From NCBI GenBank assembly GCA_029953675.1, contig JAMWBK010000001.1, positions 3,100,001 to 3,164,000 on the forward strand: 64,000 bases of DNA, written 5' to 3'. Below are positions 45,488 to 56,285 of this stretch, one piece after another. Source of the stretch: Rhodosorus marinus CCMP1338. Lineage: Eukaryota > Plantae > Rhodophyta. The stretch's first letter is position 1. Each line of letters begins with the position of its first letter. The notes under the pieces are model-generated. The model was given only the letters and a program-made list of their open reading frames with translations. It was not told the origin of the DNA and did no database searches. The position numbers were made by a program, and so were the translations under genes.

Positions 45488-47308
45488 ATGCATCTCTGCA
45501 CGTCCTTCGCCGTAGCTCTGTGTCTCATGTCCGTGTTATGGGCAGTGGAAGGACGAATACAGAGCTGCCAGAACGCGCTGGAGGAGAATCAGGCGGCTCA
45601 GTTTGAAGAGTCGTGTGTGCTCTTGGTGGATTCGAAGAATACGGAGAGGGGAATGGTGTGTACCACAACCGCGAGAATGGGCTCTAGTCCGAACAAGCGG
45701 AGACGCTGCTTGGCTGCCACAATTACGGTTAATTCTGGCATCATTAACCGAGTCAAAGCGGGTTTGTATAAGGACTGTTCAAGCGTTCTTCAGCCTCTCA
45801 AGTTCACCAAGGACAAGAAAATTAAGCCGAACAAAATGTTCAAGGAGTTCACGACTACTATCTGTCCAGAAGAAATTAAAACCGGAAAGACGTGCTGCGG
45901 TACAAACGTGTGCATGATCCTTGAGATTTCAAACCAGCTCGGGGCCAGGAACGTGCAACTCCGTCCAAGACCTGCTTTCCGTTGCCGACGGAAGATCGGA
46001 CGGCACCAAGCTTGTGATTTGGCATTTTCTTGCCTCAACGTCATCTACGCAAACAAGAAGAACCCGAAAACTAGGGGAACAGAAGGTGCTGATCTCATCT
46101 ACGGTACGGATGGAGATGACAAAATATTTGGAAATGGAGGCGACGACATCATCTACGCGAGGGGGGGGAAAGACCTCGTCGATGGGGGCGACGGGAACGA
46201 CCTCTTGTTCGGCGGAGAAGGAGGGGACAAAATTCTTGGAAATTTCGGCAATGATACGATCCATGGCGGCAAAGGTGCTGATGAGGTCAAAGGTGGGGTG
46301 GGCAACGACAGGATCTATGGAGATGAAGGCAGCGATACTCTGTTCGGAGAGAAGGGTATGGACTTGGTTGTGGGTGGCAAAGGGAAGGACAACCTGAACG
46401 GAGGCATGGACTCAGACAAGATAAGAGGTGATGAAGGAGATGATTATATCACCGGCGGTTCAGGTGAGGATATTATTTTCGGGGGTGACGATAACGATAC
46501 GATAAAAGCTGGAAGTGGTTCTGATCGGATCCACGGCGGAACCGGCGCGGATCTGATCTTCGGAGGCTCTGGGAATGACGAGGCGCGGGGAGAGGACGGT
46601 GCAGATAGGATGTACGGCGGTGAAGGGACCGACAACCTCAACGGCGGGGATGGGGATGATTTTCTCAGTGGAGAAGATGGCCGCGACTTACTGTATGGTG
46701 CAGACGGTGCAGACGAAATTCTAGGAGGTTCTGGACAGGACAAGATAGACGGCGGGAAGGGAGATGACGAACTGCAAGGTGGTACCGGTCCTGACTTTAT
46801 CCTTGGAGGAAGTGGAGAAGACAGAATGTTCGGTGGAGAGGGCGACGATCGGATGCTTGGAGGAGAAGGAAACGACTCAATGTACGGGGGTGAAGGCAAT
46901 GACACAATTCGAGGAGAACTTGGAGATGACTCAGTCAACGGTGAGCTCGGCGACGACACCATCGATGGCGGAAGGGGACGTGATTTCTTGGAAGGTGGTG
47001 ATGGGGCTGACGCCATCACGGGCGGAAATTTTGAAGGGGATGTCATCAACGGCGGGAATGGGGGGGATACAATCAAAACCAGCGTTGGGAGTGACGTGGT
47101 GCAAGGTGGTGGGGGAAATGACGTCGTCCGGGATCAGGGCGGGAACAATCTCGTTTTCGGGAATGAGGGAGACGATGATATTCTGGTCGGTGAAGGGGAC
47201 GATCGGGTTTATGGAGGGCCGGGAGACGATAGGATCGCATCTAACCAGGGATTCGACCAACTGGAGGGTGGCCCGGGAAAAGACACTATTATTTACGGAA
47301 TATCGTAA
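45488..47308 (+). CDS. Secreted RTX-like (hemolysin-type Ca-binding GGxGxD) repeat protein with Cys-rich N-terminal domain
   Basis: Signal peptide MHLCTSFAVALCLMSVLWAVEG; ~180-aa Cys-rich region; roughly 45 nonapeptide repeats (e.g. GGDGNDLLF, GGEGNDTIR). 606 aa, intronless. Confidence 0.92.
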   Translation: MHLCTSFAVALCLMSVLWAVEGRIQSCQNALEENQAAQFEESCVLLVDSKNTERGMVCTTTARMGSSPNKRRRCLAATITVNSGIINRVKAGLYKDCSSVLQPLKFTKDKKIKPNKMFKEFTTTICPEEIKTGKTCCGTNVCMILEISNQLGARNVQLRPRPAFRCRRKIGRHQACDLAFSCLNVIYANKKNPKTRGTEGADLIYGTDGDDKIFGNGGDDIIYARGGKDLVDGGDGNDLLFGGEGGDKILGNFGNDTIHGGKGADEVKGGVGNDRIYGDEGSDTLFGEKGMDLVVGGKGKDNLNGGMDSDKIRGDEGDDYITGGSGEDIIFGGDDNDTIKAGSGSDRIHGGTGADLIFGGSGNDEARGEDGADRMYGGEGTDNLNGGDGDDFLSGEDGRDLLYGADGADEILGGSGQDKIDGGKGDDELQGGTGPDFILGGSGEDRMFGGEGDDRMLGGEGNDSMYGGEGNDTIRGELGDDSVNGELGDDTIDGGRGRDFLEGGDGADAITGGNFEGDVINGGNGGDTIKTSVGSDVVQGGGGNDVVRDQGGNNLVFGNEGDDDILVGEGDDRVYGGPGDDRIASNQGFDQLEGGPGKDTIIYGIS

Positions 47309-47559
47309 CCTCTTTGGTCGGCTTCGGAGCCACGGGCGTTATTGTAATCTTATAGCGACCACGGTGGTCTGCGGATCTCAAAACTAGGCTAACCGGCTTG
47401 CACGAGTTCAGAGTTCAAACTCTCTTGCTAGTGTTTCTTCAGCCACTTGACTAAAGACAGTGAACGGATAGTTACTCAGCCTCGGAACTGTCCCAGCTGC
47501 AGACAGGAAATGCTCTTGCGAGTCAGTAGCTTACTCAGGTCACCTCATCACGACGAGCA

Positions 47560-47790
47560 AGTAGTGACAACGGACAAGCGGAGGCCGAACTGCGGCGACG
47601 AACTTGGCGTTTCTATAGGCACTCGTTACTGGCATCGGCTAGCCCCGGAGCAGCGCAAGACGTTCCCACTAGTGGCATACTATGCCTGTGTGTGGCACTC
47701 TTTTTGCACGGCATTAAATCTCACACTCCTACGCGCAAACAGTGGGCACGGGATACTGACAGGGCAACCCCAGCACCTGCGCTGCAAGAT
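47560..47790 (-). pseudogene. Possible degraded IBR/RBR ubiquitin-ligase fragment
   Basis: Stop-riddled YPVPTVCA*ECEI*CRAKRVPHTGIVCH*WERL..ADASNECL*KRQVRRRS resembles the IBR C..C...H.G..C pattern. Confidence 0.3.
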
Positions 47791-48582
47791 AAACCAACCC
47801 CCAGCGATACTCTTAAGTTTTTGGAAAAATTCAAGAAGCGTCTGGCGGGGTGCACACAGATTGGTGGCACAAACTAGGAAGGGGTTAGGAATTGAAACTT
47901 CAGAGTTTCCTCTCCTACCTATTAGTTGGAAACAGGCCAAAAAAGTAAAATGAATATTTTCGAACATGTTTGGGAAAACGCACAATCCTAGAAGGGGTAG
48001 ATTTACTTTGCCGGGCAATTTTCACGTTGATTCGCCAAGATGGGGTAGAAAAGAAAAGAAACTAGTAGGATTTCAATTGCATAACAGACAATTTTCCTTC
48101 ATAAAAATGAAAAATGAAAGAAGAATAAAAAAATAGGCAAACGGAATTCGAGCATATGAATCCGATTCCAACGTTGTCCAAAACCGTTCTACTCATCCCT
48201 ACCCTCTCTACCCCTTGGCCTTGGGTCAGTGGGAGTTTTCCTATGGAAGGCAAAATCTTTTGTAAGAAAGCAAGAACGCATTATTCGTTGAATCCCGATT
48301 TGGTATGGCAGGGGGGGTGTACCAGATTTTAGATATTCGCTTCTATGTTTTCAGATATTAAAAAAAAGGTCTAGCATCCGGCACAGTGCGCAAAAGTAAA
48401 AACTGGTCCCAGAGATGAAGGGCAGGCACTAGCTAGGAAGAATGCCGACGTATATGCTTATGAGATTCGGCAGAGACGAACAAGTTAAGGGGAAGGACTT
48501 TAGTGAGGCGACGTTGGTCTGAGGCGACAGTGTGGTACGACTCCTGGTATAAGAGGTTGGATCTCTTTGTTGATCTGTAGAC

Positions 48583-50280
48583 TTGTACGATATGGCAAGT
48601 GAGAAAGAAATGGACAGCGTAAAGGAATTGGACAAGAGAGTGGCTACGCTTGAACATCTGTACAGCGCCAATGGTCTACCATATCACTCTTCCGAGTATA
48701 CAGAAACTTTACAATGCCATACGAGCAAGTTTCCTGAGTACGGAATGCCCGCAAGACATGTTCATCAAATAATTGTTGATACTCACGCGATGGATGAGAA
48801 CGAAAGGCTCAACACCTCCTCGTACGTGAATGTTGTCTTCGAACCTGAAGAGCTCGAAGTGGCAAAAATAGGGATGAGCATTAACCTGGCAGATCAAACT
48901 GTGTATCCCGTCACCTATCAACTTCACGACCAGGTGATCAATCTCCTTGCAAAACTGTGGAATTGTCCTGATTCCGATACATTCCTTGAAAACGGTGTTC
49001 ACGCGGGGGCTGGTACCGTGGGGTCAACAGAAGCATGCTTGTTGGCTGGACTGGCCCTCAAGTTCCGCTGGCGCGAATGGTACTCGCATAGGCATAATCT
49101 GTCACCCCACGAGGTTCGGAGGGAGGTCCCCAATATGGTGATTACCACAATGTTTCAAGCGTGCTGGGAAAAGTTTTTCAAGTACATGGATGTTGAAGCC
49201 CGAATCGTGAAGCCAAGCTACGAAAGCATGGTTATCTCCCCTGAAGACGTCGAGAAGCAGATCGACGAGAATACCATTGGAGTCGTTTGCGTTCTTGGCA
49301 ACCACTACAGCGGGCACTATGACCCTGTACACGAAATCGACGCGGTTGTGAATCGAGTGAACAAAGCGCACGGCTGGCAAGTTGGAATCCACATTGATGG
49401 AGCATCCGGGGCCTTCATCGCTCCGTTCCAGGAGGATATTCCCCCTTGGGATTTCCGGCTGCCCAGCGTATTGTCCATCTCCGCGTCAGGTCACAAGTTT
49501 GGAGAGTCCGTTTGCGGAACTGGTTGGGTGGTTTGGAGGCAAAGAGAGCAACTCTCGGAGCATATTGCTATATCCGTCTCATATTTGGGAGGAAATGCAG
49601 ACTCGTACACGCTTAACTTCTCAAGGCCAGCTAGCGGGATTTTGGTCCAGTACTACAAGATCCTGCGTCTAGGCTTCAGGGGTTACAAAGCTAAAGTATC
49701 GCACCAGATGCACATTACGAAGTACCTGCGCGACAGGCTGAGAGTTATGGAAAAGGATGGGGAGAAGAGATTCGTAATGCTTGATGCTGGATCCGATCAG
49801 CCATGCCTTCCCGTGGTGGCGGCGATGCTCAATCCGAAACTTAAACTGCCTTATACAGACATTGACTTGCAGCACACCATTAGTGACGACCGCTGGTACG
49901 TCTGCGGATACCATATGGAGTACACGAACCCGAACACAGGAGAGGAGGAGGATCTCTTCGATAACATGGACGCCAGCCAAACCATGTTTCGGATTGTCGT
50001 GAAGAGCAACCTTACGATGACCATGGCGGAAAATCTTGCCAACGTTTTCGAGCGAGCCGTTGCGTGGCTTGATGAGAACTTCAGGGAAGTGGAACTCGAT
50101 AGTTTGTCGCCACTCCTACAGAGCGTTATGAAGCAGACACCTGTGTCTCCAGATCAAGTAGCTTCGAGGACACCAACGAGACGGAGGCTTCTCTCTGCTC
50201 GGGTGGTAGGAGGTGATACATCCGCTTCAACCCTGAGCGGTCGGATGTTTGAACGCACCCAGAGTCATGCCGCATGTTAA
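48583..50280 (+). CDS. GAD: Glutamate decarboxylase (PLP-dependent group II)
   Basis: LNTSSYV, INLAD..YP, GTVGSTEA, CWEKFFKYMDVE, IDENTIGV, IHIDGASGAFIAPF..WDFRLP.V.SISASGHKFG (PLP Lys), SYLGG..TLNFSRP. Confidence 0.95.
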   Translation: MYDMASEKEMDSVKELDKRVATLEHLYSANGLPYHSSEYTETLQCHTSKFPEYGMPARHVHQIIVDTHAMDENERLNTSSYVNVVFEPEELEVAKIGMSINLADQTVYPVTYQLHDQVINLLAKLWNCPDSDTFLENGVHAGAGTVGSTEACLLAGLALKFRWREWYSHRHNLSPHEVRREVPNMVITTMFQACWEKFFKYMDVEARIVKPSYESMVISPEDVEKQIDENTIGVVCVLGNHYSGHYDPVHEIDAVVNRVNKAHGWQVGIHIDGASGAFIAPFQEDIPPWDFRLPSVLSISASGHKFGESVCGTGWVVWRQREQLSEHIAISVSYLGGNADSYTLNFSRPASGILVQYYKILRLGFRGYKAKVSHQMHITKYLRDRLRVMEKDGEKRFVMLDAGSDQPCLPVVAAMLNPKLKLPYTDIDLQHTISDDRWYVCGYHMEYTNPNTGEEEDLFDNMDASQTMFRIVVKSNLTMTMAENLANVFERAVAWLDENFREVELDSLSPLLQSVMKQTPVSPDQVASRTPTRRRLLSARVVGGDTSASTLSGRMFERTQSHAAC

Positions 50281-53200
50281 GAGTGGAGAACGGGCGACTC
50301 CGTTGCCAGCTTGTTGGCCGCGATGATTCGCTCAACGGAAAGGGCGAGAGTAGACTCTACAACGGACTACATGAGTTAATGGAAACTAGCTCAAGCATAT
50401 GAAAAATGAACGAAACACTCTTGCATGGCTTCACAGCTGTATCCATGCTAGATCTATGAACTCTGTGCCGAACGGATTTTAAAGGCCGAGACATTATTTC
50501 CTCTCATCTCAGCTTGCTCAATAGTGCGAAGAGCATTGCCCGCGAAGTTCTTAACAACATGGCCCGCACGAATTCAGGCCCATTGGTGCATTGCCGTCTT
50601 CTCGTCCCACCGAAGTTCCATGGAATCCCAATGGAGTTGTCGTTTTGAGATTCTGATCACTGCCGATGGAGCTCGGGCCTGGGGACTGTGCAGGTCCTTG
50701 GGTGGCGACCACAAAAAATTAGGCTGAGGCGATGACCTCGTCCAAACCTCTGCACAAGCTTACCCATTGTACAATATTTGTCTGGGATATACACCTAGGT
50801 GCTAGCGTAGCTAGAGCAACACATACCTGCAAAGTATCATCCGCACCTTGATTTGGTAGGGAGAATTGAATCGCCATGAATTGGCGGCTCAATATCGATG
50901 TGACAAACTAGTCATGTGCTTACCTCACGCGTAGAACCGGAGGAGGTGAAAGGGTTTGAACGCGTGAGCTCAATCCCAAAGCAAGCCCCGTAATACTCGT
51001 CCTGCCGAGCCCTTGAAACCGCGACCTACGACGGTGCAAAGTTCTAATGGAACCATGTACGGAGTTTGCAGGAACAAAATGTTCGGCCATCTCGAGGTCG
51101 GGGACCAGCAATAGCCGAGGCTAGTTTGTGCTCATGGTCTGATGAGCTGACATGAGAATTACAACAGCTGCTCAGCACAATCTTCAACCGCTGACGACGG
51201 CGTGCTTCGCTAATGCAACTCTAGAACTTTTCCGAAACCATAACATGCCTCAGCACGATGATGACGCAAGAAAAAATTCAAGATACGCTATGCGGCGCGT
51301 CCAGAGCATGACTCTAGTGCGTGCGTAATCAATAGCGTAGCTGCTAGGCTCGCGGGCTCTTCGAAAGTGCTGACACCAATCCCCACGAACGAACAGAGTC
51401 CGCACTTCGAAAAGAACGGGAACGGCATGAACTGAGTCTTGTACGGCAACCCAGTATTAGTGCTTCGATGAAACCATAACTATTGTAAGCGATTGGATGA
51501 AAGGCTTGTCTGCACCATAACAGGGACCTTGCGGTTATGTACTAACGGATTGCAACTATTAGCGAATACACACAGGATTCCAAGGCTCTGATTGGCAGGG
51601 CCCGAGATTCAATCCAATTCGGTCGATTGATATTACTAGGAAACTCCCCAACATTTAAAACTAATCATACTCCGGCGGAACGTATTGATTGAAGGAAAGC
51701 TGCAACTGACTGGCCGAGCTACCTATCAACGCGTAGTGATAGGGCAGCCCGGAAAGAGCGGGCAGCTTGTCATCACGTTCTCAGGTCGTTCGGCGTGCTA
51801 TTTTTGTTGGAAGCCGCTCTCTCTCGTGTCGTCATCTGCTTATTCAGAGAATCCGCTGGAACACTCCAATGTTCCGTGACAGTCAAATAGGGAACGATTT
51901 GCACGCTTTCAAACTCTCTAGTATGCATAACTACGAAGTTGTTCGATCACTGATAAACACATGAATCTTCTCGGAGCCTAGTATATTGAATAAAAACCCA
52001 AAGTTTTGCTTACTCTAAGAGTATAACTAAATTTTCATCCGTTCTAGCTTCCACCACAAGCTTGGTTACCAACCTAGATGGGTAATTGACGGTCTTTCGG
52101 TACCAATCCTACGACTGGTGCAGCTCTGCGCCAAGGAAATTCGCAAAAATTCGTGAGAGCCCAGTCCAGTCCATCCCGCGAACGACAAGCACCGGGGAAG
52201 GGGGACGTCGTTTAGGTGAGAGAGGTTTGGTTGCGGAAGGAGTCAGAAAGCTGGAATGTCGAGCTGCTTGCCTGCCGAGGCTCTTCCTTGTTTGCTTTTT
52301 CGTTCATCCCTTTCCAGGCTGGTTGTTTCTCGTTCCGTTCTAACTCGCAGAGGGAAAATCCCTACCGAGCTCCCATGCTGCGGACTCAGTTCGCCAGGAG
52401 TGAGAACGCAGCTCGGAAGGCGGTGACTCTGCCACACAGCACCGGCGGAGAATCCGCTGTCTTGCTGACCAAGGCGTTTTATGAAAAGTGAAACTAATTC
52501 ATGGTAGAAATGGCAAGCCGTAGTTAATTCCTTTACTGTTGACAAGGTGCGGAGCCTCCTCATGCATTCTCCGGTGTCGACTATCCGTTTGTGGTGCATT
52601 CAGTGCTCTCATTGGGGAAGATTTATGTATTGAACTGGGATGGTTTGCCGACGTAAGAGCTGCGCCCTAGCCCCATGCAATTCCAAACCCGCAGCCCTTA
52701 TGCGCAGCTACCTATCGCAGCGCAAGGCTAACACTCTCGAGGCGCTCTAAACATATCCAAACCTCCCGTCCAGATATATCAGTCATCTGAAAACTAAACA
52801 GCGGAAGCCTAGAGCATACATCCGACCGCTCGGACGATACGAGCAACTATATCAGGTCGAATCCCAGTCCAAACGAGAACTGTGGCTCTGCAGATATCCC
52901 CGTGAACGACCAGAGGTTTAACTATCTGCTGAGCTCCCCCTGGAACCCTTCGCGTCCTCCATTTCGGATCCCTAATGATGTCCTATACATTTATGCGGCG
53001 TGAATTCCTCTAACATCGTGGGGTTGGCCACAAACGGTACTGGTAAATGCCCGGCCCAATCCGGGCAGAGTTAGTCCTATCAGCACTCGAATGCTCCGCA
53101 TCATCTTTGGCCTGCTCAGCTTCCTCGGGCCAGTTGCGAGGAAGTCTCGCATCCAGACCCCACGCCCAGATCGTGCAGCAGACCGGATACTTGCTCTATC

Positions 53201-53643
53201 CATGCCGAGACTCGATTCCATTGGACCGGAGCTTCATCTGGGGGACAACTGAGCAGTTTGCTAAAGTACTGCATCCGCATGTTCCGCTCATGGCAGACAG
53301 GATCGTACATATTTAAGAATTGTATTGTATTAAATAAATGATTAACGGGGATTGATGGAAGCTGAAACCTCTCCATTTCTGCGAATATACTGGATAGTAG
53401 CGATGGACTGTCAGCGCTCCTAACTTGAAACAATAAAAAAAAGGGGCTAAATAAATGATAATGATTTCGACGTTGCGGCTGGAGTTCGCTCAGGTTTTCC
53501 AAAAAACTAAAAAAAGGACGTAAGTGATTGGTACTATTAAAAATTTTCCTCTAAATGGATAGCAGGGCTGTCCACCGCTACGCGACACCCTCGGATAGAC
53601 AGAGTATCTCTTCCTTTTTTTTTTTGAAGGTTTCGCTGATAAC

Positions 53644-53723
53644 GAACGAACGAATGGTTTAATCGGAGGCTGAAAAAAAAACCCCGAGGGGAAAAAAAGA
53701 CTAAGCGCGGCGAAGTACTCGCC
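53644..53723 (-). mobile_element. 80-bp 5'-truncated family A insertion with candidate 6-bp TSD (GATAAC)
   Basis: Identical to 17331-17410 except for A-run length. GATAAC at 53638-53643 and 53724-53729. Confidence 0.85.
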
Positions 53724-54052
53724 GATAACAGGGCTGTCTACTAGGGCGACACCGGCAGTCAGCCTGAATATCAGAAAAAGGTTTCGCATGTGCAATGTGA
53801 AATCTTACTGTTTTATCGTCCAGAATGGCTGACACGAATCATTGCACGCAAAGCATCTTTCGGCCGCGCAAAAGCTATTTCGGGCAGAGAGTTCCGCGCA
53901 GTTAAGAATACGAGAACTTGAGTAAAGCAATTTTTGGTGCGTGCGTGATCCTCGAAGGAGCGCCGTGCTGTGTTTTGGAGTGCAATGACAACAGCTGGTG
54001 TACATTGTCGTTGAACCGAAAGTGGATTACAGAAAGACTTCTAATGTAACCG

Positions 54053-55921
54053 ATGGCGGGGTATATAACGGAAAAGTTGAGAGCCGGTTCCCCAAGCCTT
54101 CTGTGCTTGCTTCTCAGCAACGCGTTTTTTATTGTCTGGTTCTTGACTTTGTACTTCAAAAGAAACATGGAAACCTGGATGCGCAGCCTCCCTGGAGTGT
54201 GGTGGGAGAGCAACGACGAGAAGGCCCTGAGAGGACTAGTGGAGAATCGGGTTAAAGTTGATGATACGCGGGCGAACCCTGCTGAGGATGAGAATTGCAG
54301 ATGCTTCAAACGTGCTCAGACGGACAACGTATCTTCGCCTGAGCAACTGAGACAGCATGCTTCGGGCAAGCTGGGTATGAAACCACAGGTGTGGACAGCG
54401 AAGAAGGTAGACAGTTTAGGGTACCAGAACGCACACAGCAAGTTCCTCACAGACTTTTCGGAGTTTGCGGAGACTGAGCAGCGCTTTCAGGCTATCCGCG
54501 ACAAGGACTTCTCCTGTCTTGAGGAGCAGGAGCTTACGTACTTGGACTATACTGGATCCATGCTGACACCGCTATCCTTGATAGACTCTCACACGGAGTT
54601 TCTTCGGAAGACGATTATCGCAAACCCTCATTCGAACAGCTTACCGTCTGAGATGGCATCGGGTGTCGACGAGCGGGCTAGGTTGGCTGTTCTCAATATG
54701 TTCCACGCTGATCCGAGTGAGTATACGATTATCTGGACGCAGAATGCAACCGGTGCGCTCAAACTCGTCGGCGAGAGCTATCCTTTCGGGGAGGATGGCG
54801 TGTACATGTACTCTCCGGACTCGCACAACTCGGTGCTCGGGGTTGCGAGATATGCAAAGCATTACAGGATGTTCCCCTTTGTTAAAGGCTCATGGATGTG
54901 GGACGCCCCGGCGGCCTACAAGCTCATGACATCGATCTCGGAAGTAAGCAAACGCGCAAACAAACTCGTGGCGATTTCAGGACAGTCCAACGTCAGCGGT
55001 ATCAAACATCCACTTGGCGAGATGGTCCGCACCGCCCATGAAAACGGATGGGATGTCATGCTGGATAGCGCGGCAATGGCTCCCACCTCACTGCTAAATC
55101 TGAGTGAGATTGGCGTAGAGTATGCATGCGTGTCGTTCTATAAGATGTTCGGATATCCCACCGGTATCGGAGCACTGGTGGCCAAGAAATCAGCACTCCA
55201 GAAGCTAAACCGCCCGTGGTTCTCCGGTGGAACTGTGCGGATGGTGAGGTCTGACGCAGAGAAAGGCTTGTACGTCATCATGCACAAGAAGGACAACGCA
55301 GAGTATTTTGAAGATGGCACGCCCAACTTTCAGATGTCTGCAGCCGTGGAGCAAGGTGTTAGATACGTCCAGTCGATTGGAATCGATCGAATCAGGGTTC
55401 ATACGTCATGCCTTATTAGGTGGATTGGCGGGGAGCTACGGGAGCTTTACTGGGATGAGGACAGGCATGGCAGGACGAAACCCCTGCTTAAGTTCCCTGA
55501 ATTGAAAAGCGACACTGGCTGTATCCAGGGCTCAAGCTTGGCATTCGCGATGTACACCAAGGAGAACAAGCTGATTCCACATCAGCTTATCGGCAACTTG
55601 GCTCGAGAGCGTGGTATTGCAATCAGGACAGGTTGCTTCTGTAACCCCGGTACAGGATTGGAGTTCTTCCAATCCTCCATGCACAACCTGTCCAGCGGCA
55701 AGTTCTTCGAGTTTGCGGATGGCAACTGTGCAGAAGACATCCTCGACGAGTTTCGTGGGATAGGATTCATCCGGGTGTCGGTGGGCTTCCCTACCACGTT
55801 CATGGATGCCTTCAAATTCGTCACCTTCTTGAAGGAGGACATCTTGCGAAGGCCGAAGGTCATAAGCGCCCTGGCCGACGAGTGGCTGAAAAAAATGGAG
55901 CCGCCAGCTAGCCTTTGCTAG
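54053..55921 (+). CDS. Molybdenum cofactor sulfurase-like class V PLP enzyme (no MOSC domain) with N-terminal hydrophobic segment
   Basis: YLDYTGS, ANPHSNS, WTQNATGALKLVGESYPF, DSHNSVLG, QSNVSG, DSAA, SFYKMFGYPTGIGAL, PWFSGGTV, FEDGTPNF, IRTGCFCNPG, RVSVG. Confidence 0.9.
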   Translation: MAGYITEKLRAGSPSLLCLLLSNAFFIVWFLTLYFKRNMETWMRSLPGVWWESNDEKALRGLVENRVKVDDTRANPAEDENCRCFKRAQTDNVSSPEQLRQHASGKLGMKPQVWTAKKVDSLGYQNAHSKFLTDFSEFAETEQRFQAIRDKDFSCLEEQELTYLDYTGSMLTPLSLIDSHTEFLRKTIIANPHSNSLPSEMASGVDERARLAVLNMFHADPSEYTIIWTQNATGALKLVGESYPFGEDGVYMYSPDSHNSVLGVARYAKHYRMFPFVKGSWMWDAPAAYKLMTSISEVSKRANKLVAISGQSNVSGIKHPLGEMVRTAHENGWDVMLDSAAMAPTSLLNLSEIGVEYACVSFYKMFGYPTGIGALVAKKSALQKLNRPWFSGGTVRMVRSDAEKGLYVIMHKKDNAEYFEDGTPNFQMSAAVEQGVRYVQSIGIDRIRVHTSCLIRWIGGELRELYWDEDRHGRTKPLLKFPELKSDTGCIQGSSLAFAMYTKENKLIPHQLIGNLARERGIAIRTGCFCNPGTGLEFFQSSMHNLSSGKFFEFADGNCAEDILDEFRGIGFIRVSVGFPTTFMDAFKFVTFLKEDILRRPKVISALADEWLKKMEPPASLC

Positions 55922-56285
55922 CCCTTATTACCCCCAGGGAAGAGTACCTCTGGCTTGCGTTTATTGCGTATCGGGGGTTGTTGGGCAGGCAGCTATGCAG
56001 GACAAGGGATTCTGCCGGAAGGGGACGAGCGTTTCGCTTAAACTAGAAAAGAAAAGAATTTATCTAAGTAAAACCCATTTGAGCTATTAAAATCCATACA
56101 ATTGCCGAATCCGAAATGGAGCTTTGCGAGCTGTTCGCCAGAACCTCTCTCGACTATGCCTTTGGCTCCCGGCACTTAGTTAGTATTGATCGATGATTCA
56201 AACATCGATCGGAGCTACCGTCTGATTCGAGGAACCAATTATCTCGCCCCGTAGTTGGCCGGTGACTGGACTTGCAGATGTATAG

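Noticed and set aside
46444-47387. Ser/Pro-rich antisense and alternate-frame ORFs over the RTX gene
   Set aside because: Shadows of the Gly/Asp-rich repeat codons.
52243-53502. Minus-strand ORFs (MHHKRIVDTG..., MERFQLPSIP...) as a multi-exon gene
   Set aside because: Protein-like composition, but I could not build a stop-free splice model or recognise a domain.
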